Positions 9,150 through 19,189 of a DNA stretch of 43,919 nt are shown piece after piece. The notes under the pieces were generated by a model, which made no database searches, was not told where the DNA came from, and was given only the letters and a program-made list of their open reading frames with translations. The position numbers and the translations under genes are program-made. The stretch is from contig JBFLYA010000005.1 of the NCBI GenBank assembly GCA_040757115.1, forward strand, positions 1 through 43,919. The letters are read 5' to 3'. How positions within the stretch are numbered: the stretch's first letter is position 1; each line of letters starts with the position of its first letter. This DNA comes from a bacterium. GTDB taxonomy: Bacteria > UBA9089 > CG2-30-40-21 > SBAY01.

Positions 9150-9304
9150 GGGTAGTGTTCGATTAAGTGTTAGGAGATAAACAAAATGTATATAAATAAA
9201 ACCATTACAGGAAAAAAATATAAAAATATTTATCAAATCAAATTTCCCACCTTTGTTTCTTCCTGGGGTTTGACATAAAAACACACTTCAATAGAACATC
9301 ACCC
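9150..9304 (+). ncRNA. Putative 6S RNA-like rod structure (or rny leader)
   Basis: GGGTAGTGTTCGATTAAGTGT pairs with ACACTTCAATAGAACATCACCC; inner AAACC..CAGGAA / TTCCTG..GGTTT stem around an A-rich bubble; location upstream of rny. Confidence 0.5.
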
Positions 9305-9326
9305 ATTTTAAGGGGGTGTAAAGATA

Positions 9327-10868
9327 GTGGAGCAAGGTAATATTATCTTACCTGTCCTTATTACAGGGCTTCTGTGTGCTATTTTGGGTTATCTGGGTCG
9401 TAAATATCTCGAAAAGGTTAAAACCTCTTCGGCTGAAGAAATAAGTAGACAGATACTTGCTGAGGCAGAAGAAGATGCGCAAAGAGTAAAAAAAGAAGCA
9501 CTTCTTGAAGCAAAAGATGAGTTGTATAAGGAAAAGACTGAATTTGAACGGGAAACTCGAAACAGACGACTTGAACTTGAAAAATTAGAGACAAGACTTA
9601 GACAGAAAGAAGAAAGTTTAGAACAAAAATTGGGTAAATTAGAGAGAAAAGAAAAAGAAAACCAAAATCTACAAGATATACTTCAGCAGGAAAAAAAGGA
9701 AATAGAAAGGTTAAAATCAAACCAGATTAAACAATTAGAAAGTATTTCAGGATTAACTTGTGATGAAGCCAAAAAGATGTTGATTCAAAGTATTGAAAGC
9801 GAGATTAGACATGAAGCGAATAAAATGATAAAAGAGATAGAGGATGATGCAAAGAACACTGCGGAAAAGAAGGCTAAATGGATAATTTCTCAGGCTATTC
9901 AAAGATGCGCGGCTGAACAGGTAGTTGAAACTACAGTCTCTGTAGTTGCATTACCAAGTGATGAAATGAAAGGAAGAATAATTGGTCGCGAAGGACGGAA
10001 TATAAGAACCATTGAGAATTTGACTGGTGTGGATTTGATTATTGATGATACGCCAGAAGCAGTTATACTCTCGGGCTTTGACCCCATAAAAAGGGAGATT
10101 GCTAAAATTTCATTAGAACGATTGATTACAGATGGAAGGATTCATCCCGCAAGAATTGAAGAGGTAATTGCAAAAGTAGAAAAGGATGTAGAACAATCAC
10201 TAAAAGAGGAAGGCGAGAAGGCTACTTTTGATCTCGGTGTTCATGGATTTAACAAGGAAATGCTGTATTTACTGGGTAAATTGAAATTCCGTACCAGTTT
10301 TGGTCAAAATGTCTTACAACACAGTATCGAAGTTGCTCAATTAGCCGCTCTTATGGCCGCAGAACTAAATGTAGATGTCCCTTTAGTTAAACGAGCCGGA
10401 TTACTCCATGACCTTGGCAAATCAATCGATTCTACCGTAGAAGGTTCACATGCTTCTATTGGCGCCGATTTATGCCGTAAATATGGTGAATCACCTGAAA
10501 TAATACACGCTATCGCCGCTCATCATGGAGAGGTTGAACCAAAAACCGTAGAAGCAGTCTTAATTCAAGCCGCAGATGCTGTCTCGGCCGCAAGACCTGG
10601 TGTCCGAAAAGAAAGCCTGGAAAATTATATCCGCCGATTAGAAAAATTAGAACAAATTGCTACTTCTTTTCGTGGTGTAGAAAAATCTTACGCAATCCAG
10701 GCTGGTAGAGAACTACGGGTTATCGTCTCATCTAACGAAATAGATGAAGCAGAATTATTTGCTCTGGGAAGAGAAATTGCTAAAAAGATTGAAGAAGAAT
10801 TAGAATATCCAGGTCAGGTTAAAGTAACCATAATTAGAGAAACCCGTGAAGTAGTTTATGCAAAATAA
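9327..10868 (+). CDS. rny: Ribonuclease Y
   Basis: N-terminal TM, coiled coil, KH motif [15 protein letters not shown] domain LLHDLGK. Confidence 0.97.
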   Translation: MEQGNIILPVLITGLLCAILGYLGRKYLEKVKTSSAEEISRQILAEAEEDAQRVKKEALLEAKDELYKEKTEFERETRNRRLELEKLETRLRQKEESLEQKLGKLERKEKENQNLQDILQQEKKEIERLKSNQIKQLESISGLTCDEAKKMLIQSIESEIRHEANKMIKEIEDDAKNTAEKKAKWIISQAIQRCAAEQVVETTVSVVALPSDEMKGRIIGREGRNIRTIENLTGVDLIIDDTPEAVILSGFDPIKREIAKISLERLITDGRIHPARIEEVIAKVEKDVEQSLKEEGEKATFDLGVHGFNKEMLYLLGKLKFRTSFGQNVLQHSIEVAQLAALMAAELNVDVPLVKRAGLLHDLGKSIDSTVEGSHASIGADLCRKYGESPEIIHAIAAHHGEVEPKTVEAVLIQAADAVSAARPGVRKESLENYIRRLEKLEQIATSFRGVEKSYAIQAGRELRVIVSSNEIDEAELFALGREIAKKIEEELEYPGQVKVTIIRETREVVYAK

Positions 10869-10929
10869 AAAGTAATCGGTGACGAAAAAACCTTTTACCG
10901 ATTACCTGAAGGAGGGGACAGAATATATC

Positions 10930-11715
10930 TTGAGAGTTTTAGTTATAGGTGATATTGTCGGAAAAAAAGGAAGACAGGTAATTAAGGCATTATTACCTAA
11001 GATTAAACAAGAATATCAAATTGACCTCTGTGTAGCCAATGGTGAAAATCTTGCTGGCGGATTTGGATTAACTCAAAAAACAGCAAATGAAGTCTTTACT
11101 GCGGGCGTAGATGTTCTAACCAGTGGTAACCATGTCTGGAGTAAAAAAGAAGTCTATGAAATAATAGAAAATGAAAATATCTTAAGACCCCTTAATTATC
11201 CCACTGGAGTTCCCGGAAGAGGATATAATCTTTATAAAGTCCAAAATGACTTGTTATGTGTGATAAATTTAGCCGGAAGAGTTTTCATTGATGAATTAGA
11301 TTGTCCATTCCGGGTCGTCCTACCTGAAATTACTAAAATAAGAGAAAAGACAAAAAACATAATTGTAGATATGCACGCTGAGGCTACTTCGGAAAAAGTA
11401 GCTATGGGCTGGTATTTAGACGGAAGGGTAAGTGCAGTCATTGGCACACATACCCATGTTCAAACCGCAGATGAAAGAATATTGCCTGAAGGAACCGCAT
11501 ATATTACTGATGCCGGAATGACTGGTCCTCGAGACTCAATTATTGGTATAAAAAAGGAAATAGTTTTAAAAAAATTCCTGACTCAAATACCATTAAGATT
11601 CGAAGTGGCTAAAGGTATAGGTCAAATTGGCGGCGTAATCGTTGAAATTGATACCTCTACGGGCAAAGCAAAAAGTATTATCAGAATACAACAATTTCTT
11701 GAGGAAGAAAATTAA
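10930..11715 (+). CDS. ymdB: YmdB-like metallophosphoesterase (start probably TTG 10930)
   Basis: GDIVG, NGEN, TSGNH, DMHAEATSEK, GTHTHVQTAD; follows rny; RBS AAGGAGG upstream of 10930. Confidence 0.93.
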   Translation: MRVLVIGDIVGKKGRQVIKALLPKIKQEYQIDLCVANGENLAGGFGLTQKTANEVFTAGVDVLTSGNHVWSKKEVYEIIENENILRPLNYPTGVPGRGYNLYKVQNDLLCVINLAGRVFIDELDCPFRVVLPEITKIREKTKNIIVDMHAEATSEKVAMGWYLDGRVSAVIGTHTHVQTADERILPEGTAYITDAGMTGPRDSIIGIKKEIVLKKFLTQIPLRFEVAKGIGQIGGVIVEIDTSTGKAKSIIRIQQFLEEEN

Positions 11716-11717
11716 AT

Positions 11718-11957
11718 GTAAGCGTTCAGCCACAGAGGCACAGACTTCACAGAGAATTAAGGAAATTAGCCACAAATGGATACGAATTAACCTCTGACAT
11801 CCCATAAATGTAGTGCGAACCTTTAAGTTCGCCTTTTGGCTTGCCAGAAGCGAATCTAACGCCTCGCACTACAAATCTTTTTGTATTTGTGTTCATTCGT
11901 GGTTATATATTCCCTCTGTGTTCTCTGTGACTCTGTGGCTATATCCTGAACGGTTAC
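11718..11957. mobile_element. IS66-like MITE with 8-bp target duplication AATTAAAT
   Basis: GTAAGCGTTCAG ... CTGAACGGTTAC; AATTAAAT at 11710-11717 and 11958-11965; inner CACAGAG arms and GTAGTGCG...CGCACTAC. Confidence 0.85.
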
Positions 11958-11984
11958 AATTAAATTATTAGTCATTAGTATTTA

Positions 11985-12194
11985 GTAAGGCGTCAGTGAT
12001 TTGGGGGGATGAACATTAACCTCCGGAGGACAGAGCAATGAAAATAGTAGGCAAGTAGGTAGTAGGTAAGTAGGAAAGGGATAAAGGATGTGCACGGTAT
12101 TCCTCTTCTGGGGGCAATGTCTCCCCCTTTCCTACTTTCCTACTCTCCTACTTCCTACTTTCCAGGGGAATCCCTCATTTCAGTGACGCATTAC
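11985..12194. mobile_element. GTAA...TTAC MITE with 8-bp target duplication AGTATTTA
   Basis: GTAAGGCGTCAGTGA ... TCAGTGACGCATTAC; AGTATTTA at 11977-11984 and 12195-12202; inner AGTAGG/CCTACT arms also seen at 31807-31895. Confidence 0.85.
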
Positions 12195-12265
12195 AGTATT
12201 TATTAAATTTTTCTTGACAGTTAGATTAGATTATTGTAAAATAATAAACTGGAGGGAAAAAAGAT

Positions 12266-12634
12266 TTGCCTACAGAAATAGATTATAACAGGATAAAAGA
12301 GATTGTCAAAGAAGTCTTAAGTGAAGAATTGTCATTAAAAGAGGCAGAAATCGAATTTGGGGAAAAATGGACAGGTGGAGAATTAATCATACGACCTAAA
12401 AATACAAACCTTGCACCAAAACATATCCCTTTAGAAGTATTTTTTCACAAAATAGTTATGATTCGCGACCGACTGAGAGTCCTGGAACAAAAAATTAACT
12501 CAAACACTAAATTCACCGATGAAGAAAAGCTAGAAATGCAACAATATATTACTCGTATTTATGGTAGTTTGACGACTTTTAATCTGTTGTTTAAACGCAA
12601 ATCAAGTTATTTTGTCGGAGAGGGAGGAAAATGA
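12266..12634 (+). CDS. Conserved hypothetical protein
   Basis: FFHKIVMIRDRLRVLEQKIN...QQYITRIYGSLTTFN looks like a conserved family; GGAGG RBS and TTGACA upstream. Confidence 0.75.
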   Translation: MPTEIDYNRIKEIVKEVLSEELSLKEAEIEFGEKWTGGELIIRPKNTNLAPKHIPLEVFFHKIVMIRDRLRVLEQKINSNTKFTDEEKLEMQQYITRIYGSLTTFNLLFKRKSSYFVGEGGK

Positions 12635-12669
12635 ATAAGCGTTCAGGTAAATAGTTACCAATTACCAAA

Positions 12670-13073
12670 TAGGGTTCTGCAAAATAGGATTTGGGAGAGA
12701 CAACAAATAAATATCAAATATTAAATATCAAAATGCAAAATTACAAATCAAATTTCAAAAAGGAAGTAGCAGGGTTTCTCAAAGAGTTGGAGGAATTTGG
12801 TAATATCTTTGCTTCAAGTATTTTAACGCTGAAAGGAAAGAGATAATTTTACTGAACTTTGGCAAAGATAGTTGATAGTTGATAGTTTATAGTTGATAGT
12901 AGATAGTTGAAGGACTATAGACTATAAACTATAAACCATAAACTATAAACTATACACTATACACTATAAACTATAAACGAGTTTTGCATTTTGCTCTTTG
13001 GAGGAAATTGATAAAAATAGAGGTTTTAAATACCCGCTTAAAAACTACAGTTTCTTAGTTTTGCAGAACTCTA
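12670..13073. mobile_element. MITE with 15-bp terminal inverted repeats, 13-bp target duplication, a four-helix-bundle gene tail and nested heptamer arms
   Basis: TAGGGTTCTGCAAAA / TTTTGCAGAACTCTA; ACCAATTACCAAA at 12657-12669 and 13074-13086; ~12759-12846 encodes KEVAGFLKELEEFGNIFASSILTLKGKR*; (GATAGTT)n/(AACTATA)n at ~12866-12978. Confidence 0.85.
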
Positions 13074-13104
13074 ACCAATTACCAAAAAAGAGGAGGGAAA
13101 AATA

Positions 13105-13197
13105 ATGGGGCAAAAAAGTAAGGTGAAGAAAAAGGCACAAAAATCTATCGAAGAAAAGCGTAAAGAGAAAAAGGAAAAGAAAGATAAGAAAAAATAA
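13105..13197 (+). CDS. 30-aa lysine-rich small protein
   Basis: MGQKSKVKKKAQKSIEEKRKEKKEKKDKKK* with strong GAGGAGG RBS; below the ORF-track cutoff. Confidence 0.6.
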   Translation: MGQKSKVKKKAQKSIEEKRKEKKEKKDKKK

Positions 13198-13298
13198 GAT
13201 GTGTCCGTAAGTGAAATCAGGTAATCGGTTATCGGTAATCAGGTAATCAGTAGCTCAGATAAGGTGTTAAAAAACCGCTTACCGATAACTGATTACTG

Positions 13299-13340
13299 GT
13301 ATAGCGTTCTATAAGTAGATATAACAATATAAAGTTTTTG
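13299..13340. repeat. 42-bp sequence identical to 24577-24618 (IS630-like left end)
   Basis: GTATAGCGTTCTATAAGTAGATATAACAATATAAAGTTTTTG. Confidence 0.85.
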
Positions 13341-13556
13341 GTAACCGTTGAGGTAATCCTTTACCGCAGAGACGCAGAGAAACAGAGAGGAAGATATCTT
13401 TTTTTTTCGCGTTTTTCGGTGTTTAAAAAGACTGAAAGTAAGTATTAAAAGATTAATAAACAACGAAAGACCTGAAATGCACACAAAAAAGGAAATTTCT
13501 GTCTCTGGTGAATAGATTTTAATTTTTTCTCTGTGTCTGTGCGTCTGTGCGGTGAA
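13341..13556. mobile_element. MITE-like element with ACCGCAGAGACGCAGAG arms; right end unclear
   Basis: GTAACCGTTGAG...ACCGCAGAGACGCAGAGAAACAGAG ... CTCTGTGTCTGTGCGTCTGTGCGGTGAA. Confidence 0.7.
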
Positions 13557-13575
13557 AAAAAGGAAAACTATTCAC

Positions 13576-16500
13576 ATGAAAAAGATTCTTAAATATTTAA
13601 CAGTAGGTATTATTTTAGGTATAAATATAGGGGTTTATGCGGCTGATTTGTATGTGCCAGGGTCATATACAACTATCCAGTCTGCAGTAAATACCGCAAC
13701 AACTGGGGATACCATTTATGTTGGAACTGGAACTTACAATGAGGCACTCTATATCAACAAAAGTATTGCCCTGGTTGGAGCAGGAGCGGATGTTTGTACA
13801 ATTACCACAACTGGGCTGGGATATGTAAATGTAGTAACCTTTGACGGTACGGGTGGAACAATAACAGGCTTCACCATCAGAGAAACATATATGTATGGAA
13901 TATATTGCATAAATAATGCAAATCCTGTAATCACCAACAACACAATATCAGGAAATAATTATGATGGTATTTTCTGTTTCGATTCTTCTCCAACCATTAC
14001 CAACAACATAATCTCAGGAAATCGTTATAAGGGTATCTATTGCGATTCTTCCTCCCCATTCATCACAAACAACATCATTGTCCGAAATAGATCTCATGGC
14101 ATCTACTGTGATAATTCTTCCCCATCTACTATGAACAATATTATTACAGAAAATGGAATAAGTAAGGATTCCTATGGTATCTATGTCCGCTCTGGTAATC
14201 CTACTGTTGATTACAACTGTGTCTGGGGAAATGGTTCTAATACTACCAATAATTACTACAATTGTGTTGTTGGATTATACAATATATCCCTTGACCCTCA
14301 ATTTATAGGGCAAGATGATTATCACCTTAGTTCTAATTCTCTCTGTATTGATGCAGGTTCAAACACAGCCCCAGGGATTCCAGAAAAAGATAAGGATGGA
14401 AACACAAGGATAGTCAATGACAGGGTTGACATAGGTGCCTATGAATATCAAGGAAGCCCTACAGGTCTATATTCTCTCTCGGGAACAGTTACTGATACAA
14501 ATGGCAATCCCATTTCCAATGCATTGGTAAAAGTAATCTCTGAGATTTTAATAAAGAGTCCAGCAAAGAGTCCAGGTAGAGGAGAGGCAATTACAGACAA
14601 TAATGGTAGTTTTACAATTAGCAATCTTCCTTTTGGAACATATACCATTCGGGCATCATCTGTAGGTTATTACCAATCTTACAGGAATCTTCTTATAAAT
14701 GGCCAAATCTCTAATATAGAATTTAAAATGGTTTCTACCCAATCACTTACCATTTATGTGAATAGGGACAATACTTCAGGGACAGAGAATGGTTCATTAG
14801 AATTTCCTTACACGACTATTAATAGAGGTGTTGATAATTGCTTTAAAGGAGGAACAGTTTTTGTTTCTTCTGGAATTTATAATGAGGCAATTTATATTAA
14901 CAAAAGTATTAGTTTAATTGGACAAGGGGCAAATGTTTGTACAATTACCACAACCGGGCTGGGATATGTAAATGCAGTAACCTTTGATGGCGCAGGTGGA
15001 ACAATAACCGGTTTCACCATCAGAGAAGCAGGCTGGGATGGAATATATTGCATAAATAATGCAAATCCAACCATTACCAACAACACAATTTCAGAAAGTA
15101 GATTGCTGGGTGTTCACTGCAACAATTCTTCTCCAACCATTACCAATAACACAATCTCAAAGAATGGGGGTAATGGTGGTATCAGATGCTGCAACAATTC
15201 TTCTCCAACCATTACCAATAATATAATATCGGGGAATGGCAGGCATGGCATCTCCTGCGAATACTCCTCCCCAACCATCACCAATAATACAATTTCAGAG
15301 AATGTGGAGGATGGTATTCTCTGTTTCAATTCTTCTCCAACCATCACCAACAATACAATCTTAAAGAATTTGAATTATGGTATCCACTGCAAATATAATT
15401 CTTTTCCAACCATCACCAACAACATAATATCAGGAAATCGTTATGCGGGCATCTATTGCGATTATTCCTCCTCCCCATTCATCACAAACAACATCATCGT
15501 CCGAAATAGATATCATGGCATCTACTGTAATAATTCTTCCCCATCTATTATGAACAATATTATTACAGAAAATGGAACAAGTACGGATTCCTATGGTATC
15601 TATGTCTGCTCTGGTAATCCTTCTGTTGATTACAACTGTGTCTGGGGAAATGGTTCTACTACTACCAATAATTACTACAATTGTGTTGTTGGATTATACA
15701 ATATATCCTTTGACCCTCAATTTATAGGGCAAGATGATTATCACCTTAGTTCTAAATCTCTCTGTATTGATGCAGGTTCAAACACAGCCCCAGGGATTCC
15801 AGAAAAAGATAAGGATGGAAACCCAAGGATAATCAATGACAGGGTTGACATAGGTGCCTATGAATATCAAGGAAGCCCTACAGGTCTATATTCTATCTCG
15901 GGAACACTTACTGATACAAATGGCAATCCAATTTCCAATGCATTGGTAAAAGTAATCTCTGATATTTTAATAAAGAGTCCAGTAAAGAGTCCATGTAGAG
16001 GAGAGGCAATTACAGACAATAATGGTAGTTTTACAATTAGCAATCTTCCTTTTGGAACATACACCATTCGGGCATCATCTGTAGGTTATTACCAATTTTA
16101 CAGGAACCTTCTTATAAATGGCCAAATCTCTAATATAGAATTTAAAATGGTTTCTACCCAATCACTTACCATTTATGTGAATAAGGATAATACTTCAGGG
16201 ACAGAGAATGGTTCATTAGAATCTCCTTACACGAGTATTAATAGAGGTGTCGATAGTTGCTTTGAAGGAGGAACAATTCTTGTTCCTCCTGGAATTTATA
16301 ATGAGTCAGTTTATATCAACAAAAGTATTAGTTTAATTGGAGCAGGGGCAAATGTTTGTACAATTACCACAACTGGGCTGGGATATGTAAGTGCAGTAAT
16401 CTTTGATGGCGCAGGTGGAACAATAACCGGTTTCACCATCAGAGAAGCAGGCTGGGATGGAATATATTGCATAAATAATGCAAATCCAACCATTACCAAC

Positions 16501-18057
16501 AACACAATTTCAAAAAGTAGCATGGTGGGTGTCTACTGCTACAATTCTTCTCCAACCATCACCAATAACAGAATTTCAGAGAATTGGGATGATGGTATCT
16601 TGTGCTACAATAATTCCTCTCCAACCATTACCAATAACACAATTTCAGAAAATAAATGGGAGGGTATCAGGTGCAATAATTCCTCTCCAACTATCACTAA
16701 CAACATCATCGTCCGAACTGGAACAACAAGTTTAAACTCTTATGGTATCTATGTAATATCTGGCAGTCCAATCATTGATTATAACAATCTCTGGAATAAT
16801 GGGTTAACTGGTAGCCAAAATTATTGCAATTGCTCTCCTGGGACCCATGACATCTCTGAGAATCCTCGATTTATAAGTGAAACAGATTTCCATCTTACCC
16901 CATATTCACTTTGTATAGATGCAGGCTCAAATACCGCTCCAGGAATTCAAGAAAAAGACAAGGATGGCAATCCAAGAATAGTAAATGGAATAGTTGACAT
17001 TGGTGCTTATGAGTATCAAGGAACATTTACCGTGATTATCTCCTTTACCGGCTCATCTACATATTCAAACGAAAAGACCTTAACAGAAACAATAGAAGAA
17101 AGGAATTTAATGCTAACCAGTGAGGATTCAAATATAGTTTTCAATGAATTTAAGAGGATAAATATAAAGACAGGTGGATTCACAGATAGGGGGTTTTTCA
17201 AAGGAACCCTTACGATGGATAATAACAATTGCTTGTTTAAAGGTATGTCTTATCAAAAAGGAACAGTCTCATTCCTTAATGGTGTGATAGAGGGATATGC
17301 ATCAGGAATAATGGAATTAGTCTTTGAGGACTCAAGTTATACTGGCACCCTTACTTTAACCCAGATGGGGGATGAAGTCTTTTTAAGCACAAGGGCAATA
17401 AAGGGAAGTATAGAATCTTCTGAACCTGATGCATCAAATAAAACCGTAACATTAGAGCAGAAAATGATAGAAGGGGAAATTACTCTTACCTTAACTATAG
17501 TCAGGATAGAAAACGAAGGTTTTTGTGTTATTTCATATAATTCTGAAGAGGGCACGGGCGAGGGTTATGCCTATGTCAAAGAAAAGACTCTTGATGGTTT
17601 CCTTAAGAATCCAATCTATGGCTACATCTTAGCAATCCTTGAGGACCCTCCAGAGGTAACGATAACAAGGATTGACCCCCTTATGCCACCTATGGCCGAT
17701 CTGGATGTTAGAATTTGTGGTCCTGATGGGGCAAGTCCAGGCCAGATAATAACCTATGTGATTGTTCTAAGAAATGGTGGGTTAAAGGAGGCTTTTAATA
17801 GGTCTGTTGTAGCAGTTTTACCCGATGTTGAGTTTATCTCTACTTCCCCAGGTGGGATATATAGTTATCCATTCCATACCGTCCGTTGGAATCCTACTAA
17901 TATCCCTGCTAAAAGTATTATCAACTTTAATTTTCAGGTAAGAATTCCGTGGGGACTTCCTCTAGGAACTCAGATTGCCCCCACAGTCCAGATTGTTCGG
18001 ACGGATGAAAATGAAGCCTTTTATGAGGAGATGGAACTACAATGGTCAGAATATTAA
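13576..18057 (+). CDS. Large secreted protein: three parallel beta-helix modules with DIGAYE caps, carboxypeptidase-regulatory-like domains and a C-terminal DUF11-like domain (start probably ATG 13576)
   Basis: Signal peptide; many SSPTITNNTIS repeats; CIDAG...DIGAYE; SGTVTDTNGNPISNA; GPDGASPGQIITYVIVLRN. Confidence 0.85.
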   Translation: MKKILKYLTVGIILGINIGVYAADLYVPGSYTTIQSAVNTATTGDTIYVGTGTYNEALYINKSIALVGAGADVCTITTTGLGYVNVVTFDGTGGTITGFTIRETYMYGIYCINNANPVITNNTISGNNYDGIFCFDSSPTITNNIISGNRYKGIYCDSSSPFITNNIIVRNRSHGIYCDNSSPSTMNNIITENGISKDSYGIYVRSGNPTVDYNCVWGNGSNTTNNYYNCVVGLYNISLDPQFIGQDDYHLSSNSLCIDAGSNTAPGIPEKDKDGNTRIVNDRVDIGAYEYQGSPTGLYSLSGTVTDTNGNPISNALVKVISEILIKSPAKSPGRGEAITDNNGSFTISNLPFGTYTIRASSVGYYQSYRNLLINGQISNIEFKMVSTQSLTIYVNRDNTSGTENGSLEFPYTTINRGVDNCFKGGTVFVSSGIYNEAIYINKSISLIGQGANVCTITTTGLGYVNAVTFDGAGGTITGFTIREAGWDGIYCINNANPTITNNTISESRLLGVHCNNSSPTITNNTISKNGGNGGIRCCNNSSPTITNNIISGNGRHGISCEYSSPTITNNTISENVEDGILCFNSSPTITNNTILKNLNYGIHCKYNSFPTITNNIISGNRYAGIYCDYSSSPFITNNIIVRNRYHGIYCNNSSPSIMNNIITENGTSTDSYGIYVCSGNPSVDYNCVWGNGSTTTNNYYNCVVGLYNISFDPQFIGQDDYHLSSKSLCIDAGSNTAPGIPEKDKDGNPRIINDRVDIGAYEYQGSPTGLYSISGTLTDTNGNPISNALVKVISDILIKSPVKSPCRGEAITDNNGSFTISNLPFGTYTIRASSVGYYQFYRNLLINGQISNIEFKMVSTQSLTIYVNKDNTSGTENGSLESPYTSINRGVDSCFEGGTILVPPGIYNESVYINKSISLIGAGANVCTITTTGLGYVSAVIFDGAGGTITGFTIREAGWDGIYCINNANPTITNNTISKSSMVGVYCYNSSPTITNNRISENWDDGILCYNNSSPTITNNTISENKWEGIRCNNSSPTITNNIIVRTGTTSLNSYGIYVISGSPIIDYNNLWNNGLTGSQNYCNCSPGTHDISENPRFISETDFHLTPYSLCIDAGSNTAPGIQEKDKDGNPRIVNGIVDIGAYEYQGTFTVIISFTGSSTYSNEKTLTETIEERNLMLTSEDSNIVFNEFKRINIKTGGFTDRGFFKGTLTMDNNNCLFKGMSYQKGTVSFLNGVIEGYASGIMELVFEDSSYTGTLTLTQMGDEVFLSTRAIKGSIESSEPDASNKTVTLEQKMIEGEITLTLTIVRIENEGFCVISYNSEEGTGEGYAYVKEKTLDGFLKNPIYGYILAILEDPPEVTITRIDPLMPPMADLDVRICGPDGASPGQIITYVIVLRNGGLKEAFNRSVVAVLPDVEFISTSPGGIYSYPFHTVRWNPTNIPAKSIINFNFQVRIPWGLPLGTQIAPTVQIVRTDENEAFYEEMELQWSEY
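14051..16512 (+). repeat. Near-identical in-frame internal duplication (14051-15093 vs 15470-16512; offset 1419 bp)
   Basis: Long runs match almost base for base; duplicated shadow ORFs are offset by 1419. Confidence 0.9.
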
Positions 18058-19189
18058 AGGTTTTTCTATTAACACTCATTTTTATTGTTTTTGAATTACA
18101 AAATCTTAACCTTTTTGCAAATGAGATAGAAGGATTTAAACATATTCTTTCTGGAGAACTTCCTAAAGAAATGCCGAATAATTATTATGGTTTTGTTGCT
18201 GATATTTATGGTAATGAGCACGAATTTATTGTTTTTCAAGCAGGTAATTTTATTATGACGGCACAGTTTGAAAATAACAATTTAAATATTGTTCATCAAA
18301 TTCCATTTCAAGAAATAAATTTATGGGTATGTGGTGATTTAAACAAAGATAAAAAGGATGAAATAATTTTTATAAAAAGTCCTTCTATTCAAACTTATGA
18401 GTGGGGAGAGGGTAAATTTTTAAAAAAAGAGTATAACTTGCCTCAACTATCAAATTACGAAATACATCAAGCAATAGTAGGAGACATTGATAATGACGAT
18501 ATTAATGAGATTATATTATTTGCAAAGAATACACAAGAAAATTCACAAGGTGAAGAAGATGAAGGATTTAAGTTATATTTATTTATTTTGAAACGGCAAA
18601 AAGAAAAAATAAAAATAATTTGGTCAGATAAAGGGAAAATGGGATTTTATGATCCTCGTGTTGTTCCACCTCCAACACTCGTTTGCGTTGGAGATATATT
18701 TAATAGAAGTAAAAATCAACTTGTAATAATGGAAACCCAGTCAGATGTAAGTCCAAGTGGATTTAATCTTCTAATGTGGTCCAAAAATCGTCTCAAACTT
18801 GATCAAACAGTTATGTTTGCTAATAACAAAATATGGTCTTCTGAAGAATGGGAAAGTGAGCATCCTGAAGAAAAGATAACATCTTTTGTTTGGTATACAT
18901 TTGATATATTTAAAATAAACAATCAAATACGAATTTTAGCTCCTATTTATGATGGGAAAAGTATCCCCTCTGATACATATCAAGGATTAATAAAAATATC
19001 AGGGAATAGATTTGAAGTAGAAGAAATATTAAAACCTGTTGAACTTAAGGAAAGGGGACAAATTCTCCCTAATATCGTGCATTGTATAAATATAGATGGG
19101 AAAGGCAAAGGTCTCCTTCACATAACAGCTGATGACAAATATCATTTTTATAGATGAGGAGATGAAAATCCAATGGTCAGAATATTAAA
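18023..19189 (+). repeat. 36-bp direct repeat (33/36) at 18023-18058 and 19154-19189 bracketing one gene
   Basis: ATGAGGAGATGgAAcTaCAATGGTCAGAATATTAAA vs ATGAGGAGATGaAAaTcCAATGGTCAGAATATTAAA. Confidence 0.9.
18042..19157 (+). CDS. Exported protein with FG-GAP/VCBS-like repeats
   Basis: Signal peptide; GDLNKDKKDEII, GDIDNDDINEII, GDIFNRSKNQLV. Confidence 0.75.
   Translation: MVRILKVFLLTLIFIVFELQNLNLFANEIEGFKHILSGELPKEMPNNYYGFVADIYGNEHEFIVFQAGNFIMTAQFENNNLNIVHQIPFQEINLWVCGDLNKDKKDEIIFIKSPSIQTYEWGEGKFLKKEYNLPQLSNYEIHQAIVGDIDNDDINEIILFAKNTQENSQGEEDEGFKLYLFILKRQKEKIKIIWSDKGKMGFYDPRVVPPPTLVCVGDIFNRSKNQLVIMETQSDVSPSGFNLLMWSKNRLKLDQTVMFANNKIWSSEEWESEHPEEKITSFVWYTFDIFKINNQIRILAPIYDGKSIPSDTYQGLIKISGNRFEVEEILKPVELKERGQILPNIVHCINIDGKGKGLLHITADDKYHFYR

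Noticed and set aside
14051-16512. Diversity-generating retroelement template/variable repeat pair
   Set aside because: Mismatches between the copies include several C/T changes and are not adenine-specific; both copies are in frame in one gene; no reverse transcriptase in the window
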